A stretch of 64,000 nt of DNA from the NCBI RefSeq assembly GCF_000203815.1, contig NW_004457713.1:9358-73357 (forward strand). Reading direction: 5' to 3'. This document shows, in pieces, positions 1 to 13,851 of the stretch. Position numbers and translations under genes: made by a program. A model generated the notes under the pieces. The model ran no database searches and was not told the DNA's origin. It saw only the letters and a program-made list of their open reading frames with translations. Every line of letters starts with the position of its first letter. Positions within the stretch are counted from its first letter, which is position 1. The DNA is from Dictyostelium fasciculatum. Its lineage: Eukaryota.

Positions 1-1
1 C

Positions 2-1201
2 ATTGTTGACATGATGATATGTCAAATATTGGATAGCAAGGATGCCCAATTACATGGCGCCCTCTATAGTTGGTTAATCGAAAACAACTCAAAGGCAAAG
101 TTGTTTGAAATCAAATCACCATTTATTACAGATTATCTCTATGACAATGATATGGACATGTGTTGGAGATATCTAGCAAAAATGAACGATTTTACAACTG
201 CTTCTAAAATCCTTCTTCAATTGGCTGAAAAGTAAAAAAATCAAAACAACAAATATAATTATTAATTATTAAAAATATTAACATTTTTTTTATTTATTTA
301 GCTCAAAAGATTTAAATACAAAATTAACTTGTTATAATAATTGTAAATTATTAATGAGTAAATCACCAAATAGCCAAGAGTACCAATACGCCCTAAACAA
401 AACTGTTATTTGTAACATCCAAAAGAAGATTATCAAACAACTTGAACAAGCAAAAGCAAATCTTCAATCCAACTCTGAAGATGATAAATCAATCATTCAA
501 GAATATATAGTATCAATTGAACAACTCAATACAAATCTTTATGATATGACAACAGTAAGAAAAAAAAAAAAAAAACAAAAACAAAATCATAAAATCACAT
601 ATTTATATTTCTCTCTCTCTATTAGTTATTTAGTGATTATGCAAGAAAATATTTACTTCATGAAGAAATGTTATATTTGGTTCATATTGGACAACACGAC
701 GATGAGAACTTTGTAAAGTTATTATGGGAAATCATTCTAGGCAAGTGTACCGAACAACAACAACAACGACTAGAGCAAATACAAGATTGCCTAAAAACCA
801 AAATCATTGGTATTGGATATGATTTATACCCAAATGAATCAACATTTCCTCTCTATTGGATCATCCAAATGGCAGAAACTATTATCATTGACCTCTTGAA
901 AGAAACTAAAAATGATAGTATAACTTTAGTAGAATTATTAAAGCCAATATTGGGATGGCTATCAAACTCTCTCCAATCTCAACTCAATGTAGATAATCTG
1001 GTGTTGCTAGAGATTTACAAGAGTCTTTGTGATATTCAAGAGAATGGTAGTTTTGCACAAAAATATTATATGCACAGTTGGACATTTTTGGCTGAACATG
1101 TGATCGCGATGAAAGGAAACAACCACTCTTCACTTTTAACAACAAATCATATGACGTCAATTGAGCAAACACTCAATCAATATAGAAAAAAATTGCAATA
1201 A
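2..1201 (+). CDS. hypothetical protein, C-terminal portion (the gene starts upstream of the window)
   Basis: Frame is open from the window edge. Three exons at 2..231, 302..554 and 626..1201 are joined by AT-rich GT..AG introns (donors at 232 and 555, acceptors at 300-301 and 624-625) with matching phases. Stop TAA lies at 1199-1201. No family recognised. Confidence 0.5.
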
Positions 1202-1429
1202 AAAATAATAATAATAATAATGTTCCCACACAACACACTCTTTCTCTTCTCTCTCTGCCCCCAAAAAGAGAGGGTTGTGTGTGTTAATATAAAAGTTTAT
1301 AATTTAATTTAATTTGTTTTTCATTGCCCCACACATTGTAGCTGTACTGATGATGAGTTCTGAGAGTACAGTACTACTGTTATCAGTTCAACTTTTATCA
1401 TATATTTATATAACTACTAAATATACAAT

Positions 1430-1557
1430 ATGATGGAAGATAATAAATTTTCTAGTCCCCAACAATCAGGGATGAGAAAGTCTAGTGCAACTGCCTTTCC
1501 TCATCACAATAAGTTACAATTATCCAGAGAGGATTCCATTCCAAAGTAAATATTAAT

Positions 1558-1599
<42 letters not shown>

Positions 1600-4500
1600 C
1601 CTCTGATCCCAATTTTAAAATTTATTTCTTTTTCTTTATCTTTAGGATTATTATCCCAGAACATCATAAAAAAGAATTTAAAGAACAAACAACAACTCGT
1701 ACTACTGCCTCTGCTGGTGATGATGAACAACAAAAAAAGATTGATGAAGAAGATGAAAAGAAGAGAGCAATCTTGTGGGCATGTCTAGCAGCATACATTC
1801 CAGATGACAAGACAACTCTTCAAAGAGAATTTGTAAAGCACATAGAGTACACTCTTGCTCAGACTAGAAACGAGAATTCAGAGTTTTCATCCTTTCAATC
1901 GTTGGCCTACTGCACAAGAGATAGATTGATCGAACGATGGAAAGACACTAGATTATTCTTTCAACAACAACAAGTAAAGCAAGTAAACTATCTCTCTCTT
2001 GAATTTTTACTTGGCAGATCTCTACAAAACTCTCTACTCTCTCTTGGATTGGTAGGAAAATATGCTGATGCTCTCATGGAACTTGGAATTGAAATGGAAG
2101 ATTTATATGAAGAGGTAAAAAATAATCTATAGATCAAACTATTTTTTATTTTTTTAAAAGTTCCCTTTACCAACTTTTTTTTTTCATTCTATAGGAAAGA
2201 GATGCAGGATTGGGTAATGGTGGTCTTGGACGTTTGGCTGCATGCTTTATGGATTCCCTGGCTACTATGAATTACCCAGCTCAAGGATATGGTATAAGAT
2301 ACAATTATGGAATGTATGTAAACATATTTAAAAGTCTAGACAAAGCCCAGTTAACCGAAATCTAAATGAAATATTTTATTTATTTTGATTTAGGTTTTAT
2401 CAAAAAATTATTGAAGGACAACAAGTTGAATTACCAGATTATTGGTTAAATTATGGATCACCTTGGCAAGTAGAACGTTTGGACTTGTCATATACGGTTG
2501 GATTCTATGGTACCGTCAAGGAATCATCTTCTGATCCCAAGTCTAAAGCGATGGAGTGGGAACCTAGTGAAAGTGTTATGGCCATTGCCTATGACCATCC
2601 AGTCCCAGGTTACAACACGTTCAACACCATCAACATTCGTCTATGGAGTTCAAAGCCATCTGATGAATTTGATCTTGCAAGCTTCAATCAAGGAAACTAT
2701 CTTGGTTCAATTGAAGACAAGGTCCGTTCAGAGAATATTACCAATGTTCTTTATCCCAATGACAATACCATGCAAGGAAAGGAACTTAGACTTAAACAAC
2801 AATACTTTTTCGTCAGTGCCACCCTTCAAGATATCATCAATCAATTCAAAGGAACCAAACTCCCATTTAAAGAATTTCCATCGTTCCACGCCATTCAATT
2901 AAACGACACTCATCCAACACTAGGTATCCCAGAACTAATGAGACTTTTAATTGATGTCGAGAAACTTTCATGGGATGAAGCTTGGGATATCACCACTAGA
3001 ACCTTTTCCTACACCAATCACACTGTTCTTCCAGAGGCACTCGAAAGATGGAGCGTACCACTTGTCCAATATCTCATTCCAAGACACATTCGTATCATCT
3101 TTGATATCAATGACCAATTCATGAAACTTGTTGAAAAGAAATGGCCTGGTGATAATGAAAAGAAGAGAATCTTATCCATTATTGATGAATCTGATGTTAA
3201 ACATGTAAAAAAAAAACAAAACAAAACAAAACAAACAAAAAAAAAAGCAAATCTTATTATTTTTATTTTATTTTTATTTTTAGATAAGAATGGCACATTT
3301 AGCAATTGTTGGATCACATATGATTAATGGTGTAGCAAAATTGCATACTGAATTAATTAAAAAGGAGGTTTTCCCATTCTTTTATGAACTATGGCCAGAC
3401 AAGTTTGTAAATATGACCAATGGTGTCACTCCAAGAAGATGGATCTATCAGTGCAATCCACACTTGTCATCTCTCATTACCAAGAAGCTCAATACCAATA
3501 GATGGGTTGTCAATCTTGATATTATAGGTGAATTGAAAAAGTTTGCAGATGATTCTGTGTTTCAAAAGGAATGGATGGCTATCAAGAGAGCCAACAAGGT
3601 AAGAATGGCCGAGTATATCGAAAAGAGATGTGGTATTCGAGTCTCTGCCGATGCAATGTTTGATACCCAGGTCAAGAGATTCCATGAATACAAACGTCAA
3701 CTATTAAACATCCTAGGTGTTATCAATAGATATCTTGACATCAAAGAAGGACAAAAGCTCACTCCAAGAGTTATCATCTTTGCTGGAAAAGCTGCCCCTG
3801 GTTATTACATGGCCAAAAAGATTATTAAATTAATTAATAATGTAGCCAATGTAGTAAACAACGATCCCATAGTTGGTGATAGATTAAAGATTGTATTCAT
3901 TCCAAATTATTGTGTTTCAAATGCTGAAATGTATGAAAACAAAAAAAAAAAAATAGAGATAAATTACCTTTATATATTTATTCTTTTTCCTAACCTTCTT
4001 TTTTTTTTTTTTTTCCTTCTAGTATTATCCCAAGTTCTGATTTATCACAACACATTTCAACAGCAGGTACAGAGGCCTCTGGTACCAGTAATATGAAATT
4101 CTCAATGAACGGATCAATGATTATTGGAACATTGGATGGAGCAAATATTGAAATCAAAGAAGCGATTGGAGAAGAAAATATGTTTATATTTGGTGCCACT
4201 GCTGACAAGGTTGATTCCATTAGAAAGTCAATCCATCAAGGTACTCACACTCCAGACAAGAGATGGGTTAGAGTTATTACCGCCATTGAAGAAGGTCTCT
4301 TTGGTCAAGTCGAAGAATTCCAGTCAATCTTAGATTCAATTACAAATGGTGTAGATCACTATATCTTATCCTATGATTTTACTTCTTGTATGTAAAAATT
4401 TAATATAATCATTTATAAAAGTGTATATTAACAATTAAATATTTATTTTTATTTATTTTTTAGACATGGATCTTCAAAATAAAATTGACAAGTGCTATGA

Positions 4501-4933
4501 AAATACTAGCCAATGGGCCAAGATGTCAATTCTTGCATCCGCTGGTTGTGGTATTTTCTCAAGTGACAGAACCATCAAACAATACTCTGATGTCATTTGG
4601 AAATTGGATGCCTGTAGAAGAAAAGGTCCTATTGAAATAACAAATCAAGAGGCAACATCATTCTTGACCTCAACAAGTGTTGGTGGTAGTTCGGGAAGCT
4701 TTAACAACTCTACTCTTGTAGGTGGTGCTCCTGGATCTTTGGGAAACACAGAGGTTAATCAAATTTCAATTGAAAGACTCTCTCCCTTGACTGTCATTAA
4801 ACAACCTCAATCAGGTGGTGGTAATGTAGGAAGTATCACTGGAACTAGTCCACTTGTTGTCATCAACAAAAATGATGCAAAGAATGCTCCAAAACCTGCC
4901 ATGACTACTCATGGTTTTGATGTTAAAAAATAA
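1430..4933 (+). CDS. glpD: glycogen phosphorylase (alpha-glucan phosphorylase), about 998 aa with N- and C-terminal extensions
   Basis: Seven exons: 1430..1545, 1646..2114, 2195..2313, 2394..3204, 3284..3930, 4023..4387, 4464..4933. All junctions are GT..AG and phase-consistent. Hallmark motifs are present: [26 protein letters not shown], and the PLP site [11 protein letters not shown]. The computed length matches the longer Dictyostelium isoform (gp2), so the symbol is tentative and glpV is not excluded. Confidence 0.9.
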
Positions 4934-5128
4934 TAATTCAAACAAAAAAAAACAAACCCCAACCCAAATCATATCAATAGTAATCTTCTTTTTATTAATA
5001 ATAATAATAATAATAGTAATCATCTTTCAAATCATAAATCAATATAAATAAAATAAAAAATAAAAAAAAACGAATGTATTACTGCACTCAAAAAACTACC
5101 TTCTTTTTAGAATCATCACAAAAGAAAT

Positions 5129-5174
5129 ATGAGTGATCACGACGAAAAGAAAAGAAAGAATGTAGATTCTGAAT

Positions 5175-5205
<31 letters not shown>

Positions 5206-5551
5206 CAAACAAGTAGATAGTAAAGAAAAGAAGAGATCAAAATCATCAAAAGGTACTAGTACGATCGATCTTACTATTCCAAAATGCCCTCTTTGCGAAA
5301 ATGAAAACACAACACTCTATTCAACCTCTTTCAAGAAGCATTTCTATTCATGTTCACAATGTACATTGGTATTTGTACATCCAAACTATCATGTAACTCA
5401 AGACAAGGAAAAATATAGATATGTGATGCACAACAACAGTCCAAACGATCAAAGATATTGTGACTTTTTGACTCCCGCTGTACTCAATATCGTTGATTTG
5501 TACAATATTCCAAGATTAGAAAAACATAATAATAATAAGGAAAATAATGAA

Positions 5552-5606
<55 letters not shown>

Positions 5607-6187
5607 TTGTCAACTCTACAACAACAATTGAAACCTCAACAATTTCTAACAACAACAACAACACATCTTCTTCCTCTTCATCTGACACTAGTAGTAATTT
5701 ATTAGGATTAGATTATGGATGTGGTCCTGGTGCAGCTTTGTATTTACTTTTCCAACAGTATAATATTAAAGTTGAAAACTATGACCCATACTTTCTACCC
5801 AATTCATCAGTACAATCAGTTATCGATTTGTTGGACAAGAAGCCACAAGAAAATAGTAGTCCTACTACTACTGAAAGTAAATTTGATTTTTTAACATGTA
5901 CAGAGGCAATAGAACACTTTAGAACACCAAAAGATGATCTAGAGATCATTTTTTCAAAGAATATGGTAAAGGATGGTGGATGGGTATTGTTTATGACACA
6001 GTTGCTTACAAATGACTCAATGTTTTCCAATTGGTTTTACCCTCGCGATGTAACCCATGTTTGTTTCTATAGACCATCTACATTTGAATGGATCGGAAAA
6101 AAGTATAATTGTAAAATAACAACAGTTCATGTATCACAAAATATTGCAATCTTTAAGGTTAACCATAGCAATGAACCCACTATATAA
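5129..6187 (+). CDS. class I SAM-dependent methyltransferase with N-terminal CxxC...CxxC zinc-ribbon and a poly-N insertion
   Basis: Single 352-aa ORF. Motif I-like LDYGCGPGAALY is present, with a CPLC...CSQC pair upstream. An (AAT)n run encodes poly-Asn in the middle. Confidence 0.65.
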
Positions 6188-6324
6188 TATTATATTTCCC
6201 TCCAAAAAAATAAAAAAAATAAAAAAAATATATAAAAGTCACACATTTTTACATCACCAGATGATAACATTTTTTTATTCTATTATTATTTGCAATCAAA
6301 TATTTATCTCTTTATATATATATA

Positions 6325-6331
6325 ATGAACA

Positions 6332-6395
<64 letters not shown>

Positions 6396-6582
6396 CTCTT
6401 TAGACTCTACACAACAACAGATTGATAAAATCTATAAAATGACAGTTGAAGAATATTTAGAACAACAATTCCAAGATCAAGTAGATCAAATCAACCACAC
6501 TGTAGAACAACAAACTAAAAACATGTTGCAAGAGGCAAACAATACCAAAAAAGATTTAAAACATATATCTACTCAACAATAG
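6325..6582 (+). CDS. small hypothetical protein (85 aa) with N-terminal poly-Ser from a (TCA)n run
   Basis: ATG at 6325 is followed by 20 TCA codons and then a Q/E-rich helical-looking tail. It could be a real micro-gene or could be noise. Confidence 0.25.
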
Positions 6583-6681
6583 CTGCATTTCTTTTGTTTT
6601 TTTTTTTTTTTTCTATTTTCTTTTTTTCAACATATAACTTCACACATAGACCTCCATTTTGTCTATCTTTTCAACCGTCTC

Positions 6682-7698
6682 ATGATGAACAAATTTCAAA
6701 AATTAACAAATGCATTCAAAAACTATTATGGTGAAGATGCAATAAAACGATTGTTACTAAACTCTAACAACAGCAACAAACCGATTATATTGATTGGTGG
6801 ACATCAGTTGACAGGTAAAAGTACAATGGCAAAGAAAATATCTCAACACTTTCAAGATGGTTGTTTCTATTCGGTTGGGTCAATGTTTAGAGATTTGGCA
6901 ACTTCATTAAATATATCGGTAGCTGAACAAAGTAGATTGCTCAGAGAAATTGAAGAATACCATAAACAACCAAACAACAATAACTCTATTCTGAGTGGTC
7001 AGCGGATAAAGAACAATCCACTATTTAATATAAAGGTTGATTTGGAATTGGATTATAGGACATGCCAAATAATTCAAGGTGTAGAATCAACAACACCTAC
7101 TACTACTCCTCATTCAAAATATAGCGTCATTGAAGGAAGACAACCTGCCTTGCTAGGATGTTTTATTCAATCATTAACCAACAACAACAACAACAACAAT
7201 GATGCTAATCATAACAATCAAATGATAAAGGTCTATGTAAAATGTAGTGCAAGAGAAAAAGCTTTAAGATATTTGGAGAGAGAGGTAGGAAAAGGAGCAT
7301 CTATTTTGGCAGACTCTGTATTGCCCAAGGAAAAGGATCTAGAAAGAGATGATCATTTTTCTTCCACCAATCTTTCAACTATAGCAAATACTATATCAAA
7401 ATTACCTCTTGAAAATATAGACAAAATAATATCTGGTTTTATTGAAAACCAAGATAGAGATCAAAATGATAGAAAGAGATATATGTAAGTTAAAAAAAAA
7501 TTAAAAATATATATATATATATAAATTGAGCTAATAAAATTTCTTTTTCACTCTAGGGATATTTATGGTTTGGATTATGAAGATAAGGATTACTATGATC
7601 TAGTTATTGATACTACTGGTGATACTTCAGAAAATAATTTAAAAAAAGCATTGGATTTTATCAATCATTTAAAAATTAAAGATTTAATAAAAAAATAG
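6682..7698 (+). CDS. cytidylate-kinase-like P-loop NTPase
   Basis: Two exons at 6682..7484 and 7557..7698, with a GTAAGT donor at 7485 and an acceptor at 7555-7556. A Walker A motif (GGHQLTGKST) is followed by GSMFRD. The C-terminal YDLVIDTTG is typical of cytidylate kinase family ends. Confidence 0.55.
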
Positions 7699-7867
7699 CT
7701 TTGTCCTTTTTTGTTCATCGGAAAAAAAAAAAAACAAAAATCTTTTTTTTTTTTTTTTTTTAATTTTTTTAAAACTTTCAACACGAACTTGCTGATCAAT
7801 CAGCTCATTCAAATTCAATCTTTAATCAGCAGCACCTATATATCGTAGATTGTTTATATAATCAAAA

Positions 7868-9642
7868 ATGTTGTGCAGAAGATTATTAAAGACAAACAAC
7901 ATTATCAAAAATGTTGCTTCATTAAAGTACACACCAACAACAACAACTTCAACAAATGTCGTAAGAAATTTATCAAGATCTTTCTCGACTGCCAGTACCA
8001 CAACTACAGTTCAACCAATTGATCACTCTTCCCAAATGGATGTATGTAGCAAAACCGTTTAAGCAACCAACAAACCAACTTGTTCAAATCAAACCTTATT
8101 AATAACCTTTACTATTTCTCATTTGTACAAAAGAGAATTCTTGGTAGAATTCAAGAAGAGACAAACAGAGCATTTGAAGGAGGAGGTGAAAAGAGAAATA
8201 ATGCACAACACTCAAAAGGAAAGTTATTGGCAAGAGAGAGAATCGATTTATTATTAGATGCCGATTCGTTTAGAGAGTATGACATGTTGGTCACTCATCG
8301 TTGTCAAGATTTTGCTGTTGAAAAGATTCCAGGTGATGGTGTCATCACTGGACACGGTACTATCAATGGTAAATTAGTATTTGTCTTTTCACAAGATTTC
8401 ACAGTCAATGGTGGAAGTTTGTCAGAAGCTCATGCTGAAAAGATCTGCAAGATTATGGACAAGGCCATGAAGGTTGGTGCACCAGTTATTGGTTTGAACG
8501 ATTCTGGAGGTGCTCGTATTCAAGAAGGTATTGCCAGTTTGGCAGGTTATGCAGAGGTGTTCCAACGTAATGTTATGGCCTCTGGTGTCATTCCACAAAT
8601 CTCTGTCATCATGGGTCCATGTGCTGGTGGTGCTGTCTATTCACCAGCCATCACTGACTTTACTTTTATGGTAAAGGATACCTCATACCTCTTTGTAACT
8701 GGTCCAGATGTCGTAAAATCTGTCACCAAGCAAGATATTACTCAAGAAGAGTTGGGTGGTGCAAAGACACATACTACCAAGTCTGGTGTAGCTCATCTTG
8801 CCTTTGAAAACGATATCGATGCTCTCAAAAAGGTTCGCGAGTTGGTTACCATGTTGCCACAATCCAACTACTCTGCACCAGCTCAATCTGAATGCTTTGA
8901 CGACCCAACTCGTGAGGATGAAGTCCTTGACAAGATCGTTCCAGAGGATCCAAACAAGCCATACGACATGATGGAAGTCATTGAAAGAGTCGTCGATGAA
9001 GGCCGTTTCTTTGAGATCCAACCAAACTATGCCAAAAATATCATTATCGGTTTTGCTGCCATGGAAGGTAGAACCGTTGGTATCGTTGCCAATCAACCAA
9101 AGGAACTCGCTGGTTGTCTTGATATCGATGCCTCTGTAAAGGCTGCCAGATTCGTACGTTTCTGTGACTGCTTCAACATTCCACTCATCACATTTGTTGA
9201 TGTTCCAGGTTTCCTCCCAGGTACCGACCAAGAACACGGTGGTATCATTCGTCATGGTGCCAAGTTGCTCTATGCCTATGCAGAGGCTACCGTTCCAAAG
9301 ATTGCTGTCATCACAAGAAAGGCTTATGGTGGTGCCTATGATGTCATGTCATCCAAGCACTTGCGTGGTGACACCAATTACAGTTGGCCAAGTGGTCAAG
9401 TCGCTGTCATGGGATCAAAGGGTGCTGTTGAAATCATCTTCCGTGGAAAGGGTGACATTGCTGAACAAGAACAAATCTATAACGACAAGTTTGCCAATCC
9501 ATTGCCAGCTGCCAGACGTGGTTTCATCGATTCAATCATCGTACCAAGAGAAACTAGAAAGATCATCTGCGAGGATTTGCAAGTATTGAAAGATAAGAAA
9601 TTGGAAAATCCAAAAAAGAAACATGGTAACATTCCACTTTAA
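7868..9642 (+). CDS. pccB: propionyl-CoA carboxylase beta chain (carboxyltransferase), mitochondrial
   Basis: Two exons at 7868..8041 and 8134..9642, with a GTATGT donor at 8042. Exon 1 encodes an S/T/R-rich mitochondrial presequence. Exon 2 is nearly collinear with human PCCB (e.g. [44 protein letters not shown]). Confidence 0.9.
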
Positions 9643-9736
9643 AAAAAAACATATCAACAAAATAAAAACATAAAGAAGGATATGTTTTATAAATTTATTT
9701 AGAGATTTATATACAAAGAGAGAGGTTGGTTTATTT

Positions 9737-11994
9737 TTACATTCTATTGTTGTTGTTGTTGTTGTTGGGTTCAGGAGAATTGGAAATTTTAGCAATAAAT
9801 TGAAAGGATGATTTTGGGTTGAATGAAAGACATGGTTGATCGTAAATGGTAGAGGGGAGTCTCAAGTCTACAACAACATTTTTTAGGGATTTGCAATTGG
9901 AAAGAGTCTTGGTTGCACACCACTCGGCGATGGCACTACGAACCATATCCTCTTCAAGACGGATTCCACACTCTAATGATTCCAGTGATTGGCAATGTCT
10001 GAGATATTCTAGACATTCTTCGTTTACGCCAAGGCTGTTGGATGTATCGAGTTGTTGGAGTGAAGACATTTTGGCGATTGAAAGAAATATTTGCTCGTTG
10101 AGAATCCAACCTCCGCCACGCGAGCCGCCAATGCACAACTGGGTTAGCTCTTGGCAATTTGGGAGCTGTGCAAAGGATTTGGGTGGAATCTCAATCCATT
10201 TGCTTGTAGAGTTGATGAGTGATAGTTTTTGAAGTGAAGGACAACCAGAGCCAATGTGTCCAAGACCACGTCCGATTGATTCACTTCCTTCCATTTGTGT
10301 GCAACAAATAGACAAAACACGTAAAAGAGGTAGATTGGAAAAGGCCCTCCAACAAGAGCTGTCCAAATTAAATGAACTTAGAAATAGAATCTCTAAATGG
10401 ACCAAACGAGATAGTGTCATTTCAAAGAAACTACAATCTCCTTCTTTGTGGTATTCCAAATCAAAACTTAGATCCAAATCCAATTCACAAAGTGATTCCC
10501 AACATTGTGTTAAATTTGATATCTCTCTAATTAAAATTGATGATTGAGTGGTAATGGGTTGATTTGTTTGTTCGTTTTGTTGAGTTTGTTGTTGTTGTGG
10601 TTGAATTTGTTGTTGTTGTTGATTTTGAGTTTGTTGTTGTTGAGTTTGTTCATTAGAAGTGATGGTAGCAGTAGCAAATTCCAATTTCTTTAATTTTTTA
10701 CATCTTTCCAAAAAATTTAAATATTTGCCATTGTTTTGGTCATGTTGTTCATCAACATCCCACTCTGCAATTGACAGCCAATTCAGATTTTCTAGAAATG
10801 GCAGTCTGCAAATGGTTTGTTCAGTGGCAACACCAAGTCTTAGTGTACGTAATCTTTTGCACGTGGTTAGGCTGTGAATTAACTCTGAGTCTCTGTCAAT
10901 GCCGCTGACATCAAGAGAAGTTAAGGTTGCAATGTGACCCAGTTTTGTAAATGCTTCGACGGCTACGTTGGCAAAGCCACCAAGCTCGACATTTACTAAT
11001 TTGGTTTTTGTGAGAGAGTCTATTGTTCTTGATGTCAAATGATTCGAGTGAAGGACAATACGCTTGAGTTGGGGAAGTGAAAGGCAAATGGATTCAATGT
11101 GAGAGTCGTGAAGGTTCGGGCAATAGTAGAATTGAAGATCGGTCACTTGCCTGCAGTGGTTTATGATGGTGTGCAGACTGCTAGAGTTGAAATAGATGGA
11201 ATGGGAACAACGTATCTTTTTTAAATATTCGCTGTGTTTGTAAATCTTTCTATTAATTATATCCAAGCTCGTTCCATTTCTATTGTCAATCAATAATTCA
11301 TTGGTAGAGATAAAACTAAATCTATTCCATTCTCTGCTGACTAGAGACGTAACCATCAAGTCGGTGGATTTTAAAAAACAAAATATACTAATGATAAGCT
11401 CGAATGGTAAATCCATGAATCTAAAAAAAAAAAAAGAAAAAGAAAATATTAGTTTATAGACAAAAAATAATTGATCAACATTACATACTTTAGTTTTCTC
11501 TTTGAATTTCTCTTTTTTCTCAAAGATGAATCATTTGACGAGGAGGAGGAGGAGGTGGAGGAGGAGGAAGAAGAAGAGGTAGAAGTAGGAGATGTTGTTG
11601 GTTGAGTAAAAGAAGAAGAAGAAGAAGTTGACTTTAACTTTTGAGCGTTTCTATGATATCCTGTATCACTATCATAGTAATTATTATCTGGATTGGTCCA
11701 AGTATCATTATTATTATCATCCTCCCAAGTTGATCTGATGGCTTGTCTTTTATTTGGATAATTGTGCCCTGCAGATGATGATGATGATGATGATCCTACA
11801 TTGTTCTCGCTGTTTGAGCTAAATACATGGTTTGTTGGCGATGAGGAGGAAGAAGATGAAGTGATATTAGACGAGGAGGAGGAGTTATCATCGTCTTCCT
11901 TTGACCACCAAAATTTTCTTTTAAAAGCCATAAAAGGTATTGTTGTAAGAGCATTCCTTAGAAATTCAAAGGTTGCATCAAAACCATGTATCAT
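9737..11994 (-). CDS. F-box / leucine-rich-repeat protein with Ser-rich N-terminal extension
   Basis: Two exons on the minus strand at 11489..11994 (S-rich) and 9737..11420 (F-box MDLPFELIISIFCFL plus LRRs plus a poly-Q/N tail). A 68-nt intron spans 11421..11488, with a GTATGT donor and a T-tract...TAG acceptor, and it is phase-consistent. This joins two ORFs that appear separate on the track. Confidence 0.7.
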
Positions 11995-12506
11995 TGAAAA
12001 TATTTTTACAAACTCTATATAATTACAGTTTGAGAAGGCTTGGAGAAGCTATGAAGCAGTTGATAGGTAGATGGGTTGGTGAGGAGGGGGAGGAATGAAA
12101 AGGGTGGGGGTTAGTAAAAATGATATACAGATTGATTGATATTATTAGTGTTTACCTTTCCCAAGTTCTCTTCGTCCATTCTTTTTTGTTGTTGTTGTTG
12201 TTGTGTACAGTTTATCTGCTTACTCTTTTAACAAAACTAAAAAAGTAGAGTACTGTCTCTACTGGGGGCTTCAAAGATTTTTTGTTTTTTTTTTTTTTTT
12301 TTCTTGTTATTCGATTTGACACATGCCTTCAACTTGTCATGGTGTTAAAGGATCATTGTGAAACAATAATCATGTTGTGGGTACAAGAACGGATAATGAT
12401 TCAACAATGAAAGGATGATCAATATTTACAAAATGATAAATAGGATGGACTGATAGAGTCTTTTAAAAAGCTCTGTACTTTATATTAATTCAATTGTTGT
12501 GTGGAA

Positions 12507-12620
12507 ATGGAGGAATACATAGACTATAACAATTTACTCTCACATCCCCTTGTTTTAAATGACAATGAATCCATTATTCATAATCAATTCACACAATTTC
12601 TAAACATTTTAAATTTTAAC

Positions 12621-12668
<48 letters not shown>

Positions 12669-13713
12669 CATAATGAAACGAGTAATGGTTGCAATACCAA
12701 TTTCAATAATGGTTCAACAACAGCTCCTATTTCCTCTCCTCTTTCATCATCATCAGATGATTCATTTACTTTTTCTTCATTTCCTCATATTAATGGTCAA
12801 TCTAAATACCACAACTTGCCAGTAGATTATGATATTGGATCTTTTATTTCTTGTCAAAAGTTGGACAAGATAAGCAATTCACTATTCACACAACCACTAC
12901 AACTATTGACTAGTTACTATAATAGAGAAATTCAATCACTACAACAACAATATTCACAACGTATCTCCAATCTTGATATAATTTTAACTCAAATTTCAAA
13001 AGTATTAGACTCTTTTTAAAAAGAGATAGAAAATCTATCATAATTATCATTGACCATTATCATTATTATTAACATTATTAACACTATTATTATATTATTA
13101 TTATTATTTTATTTTTATTTCCTAGTTGAGACCAATAAGTGATAATGAAAAGAGAGTAAAATATTTACAAATGGAATCATACTTTAATCTCATGAAATGT
13201 TTTCAAAAGAGTAATTGCTGTGAAATCATATTATCTCTCCAAAAGAATGTAATCGCCAGTAGTTGCAGACACCGAAGAAAACTATCAAAAGTCCAAGAGA
13301 AACAGCTCAAAGATTGGTATTTATGTCATCAAATGGTTCCATATCCAGATGAAGAAGAAAAATCCGTCTTGGCATCACAAACTAATATTTCAAGATCACA
13401 GTTGGACAATTGGTTTGGTAATCGAAGAATGAGAGACAAGGCAAAAAAAGATTCAACAGTTAAAAATAATAATACTATTATCAACAACAATGACAACGAC
13501 AACAACAACAACAACAATGAAAATAGCGATGAAGATGATGGTAGAGGTGACCAACTATGTTTCTTATCAACAATACTGACATTGTCTAAATCTACAACCC
13601 CAACATCAATGTTTGACGAGGAATTTGAACAAGATGAGGAATATTTTGACTTTGAAGAAGAAGAAGAAGAAGAAAGGGAGTGTAATGATTATAAACTCGA
13701 TGATCAAGAATAA
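12507..13713 (+). CDS. TALE-class homeobox protein
   Basis: Two exons at 12507..13001 and 13126..13713, with a GT donor at 13002 and an acceptor at 13124-13125. The homeodomain has a three-residue loop insertion (LKDWYLCHQMVPYPDEEEK...NWFGNRRMRDK), the PYP signature of TALE proteins. The real ATG is at 12507; the track shows a GTG start. Confidence 0.65.
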
Positions 13714-13769
13714 AATAATAATGTTTTGATGTTTTATAAATGTATTATTAATATTTATATATTGGCCTC

Positions 13770-13772
<3 letters not shown>

Positions 13773-13836
<64 letters not shown>
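13773..13836. repeat. (ATT)n microsatellite, about 21 units
   Basis: Lies in the 3' UTR region shared by the convergent homeobox and ndufv2 genes. Confidence 0.9.
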
Positions 13837-13837
<1 letters not shown>

Positions 13838-13851
13838 TAAACCAATAAAAC

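Noticed and set aside
12501-12506. ORF-track start codons such as 12501, 18670, 20717, 27518, 31607 upstream and 62228
   Set aside because: These are TTG or GTG codons, not ATG. The true start was placed at the first in-frame ATG or treated as an internal exon.
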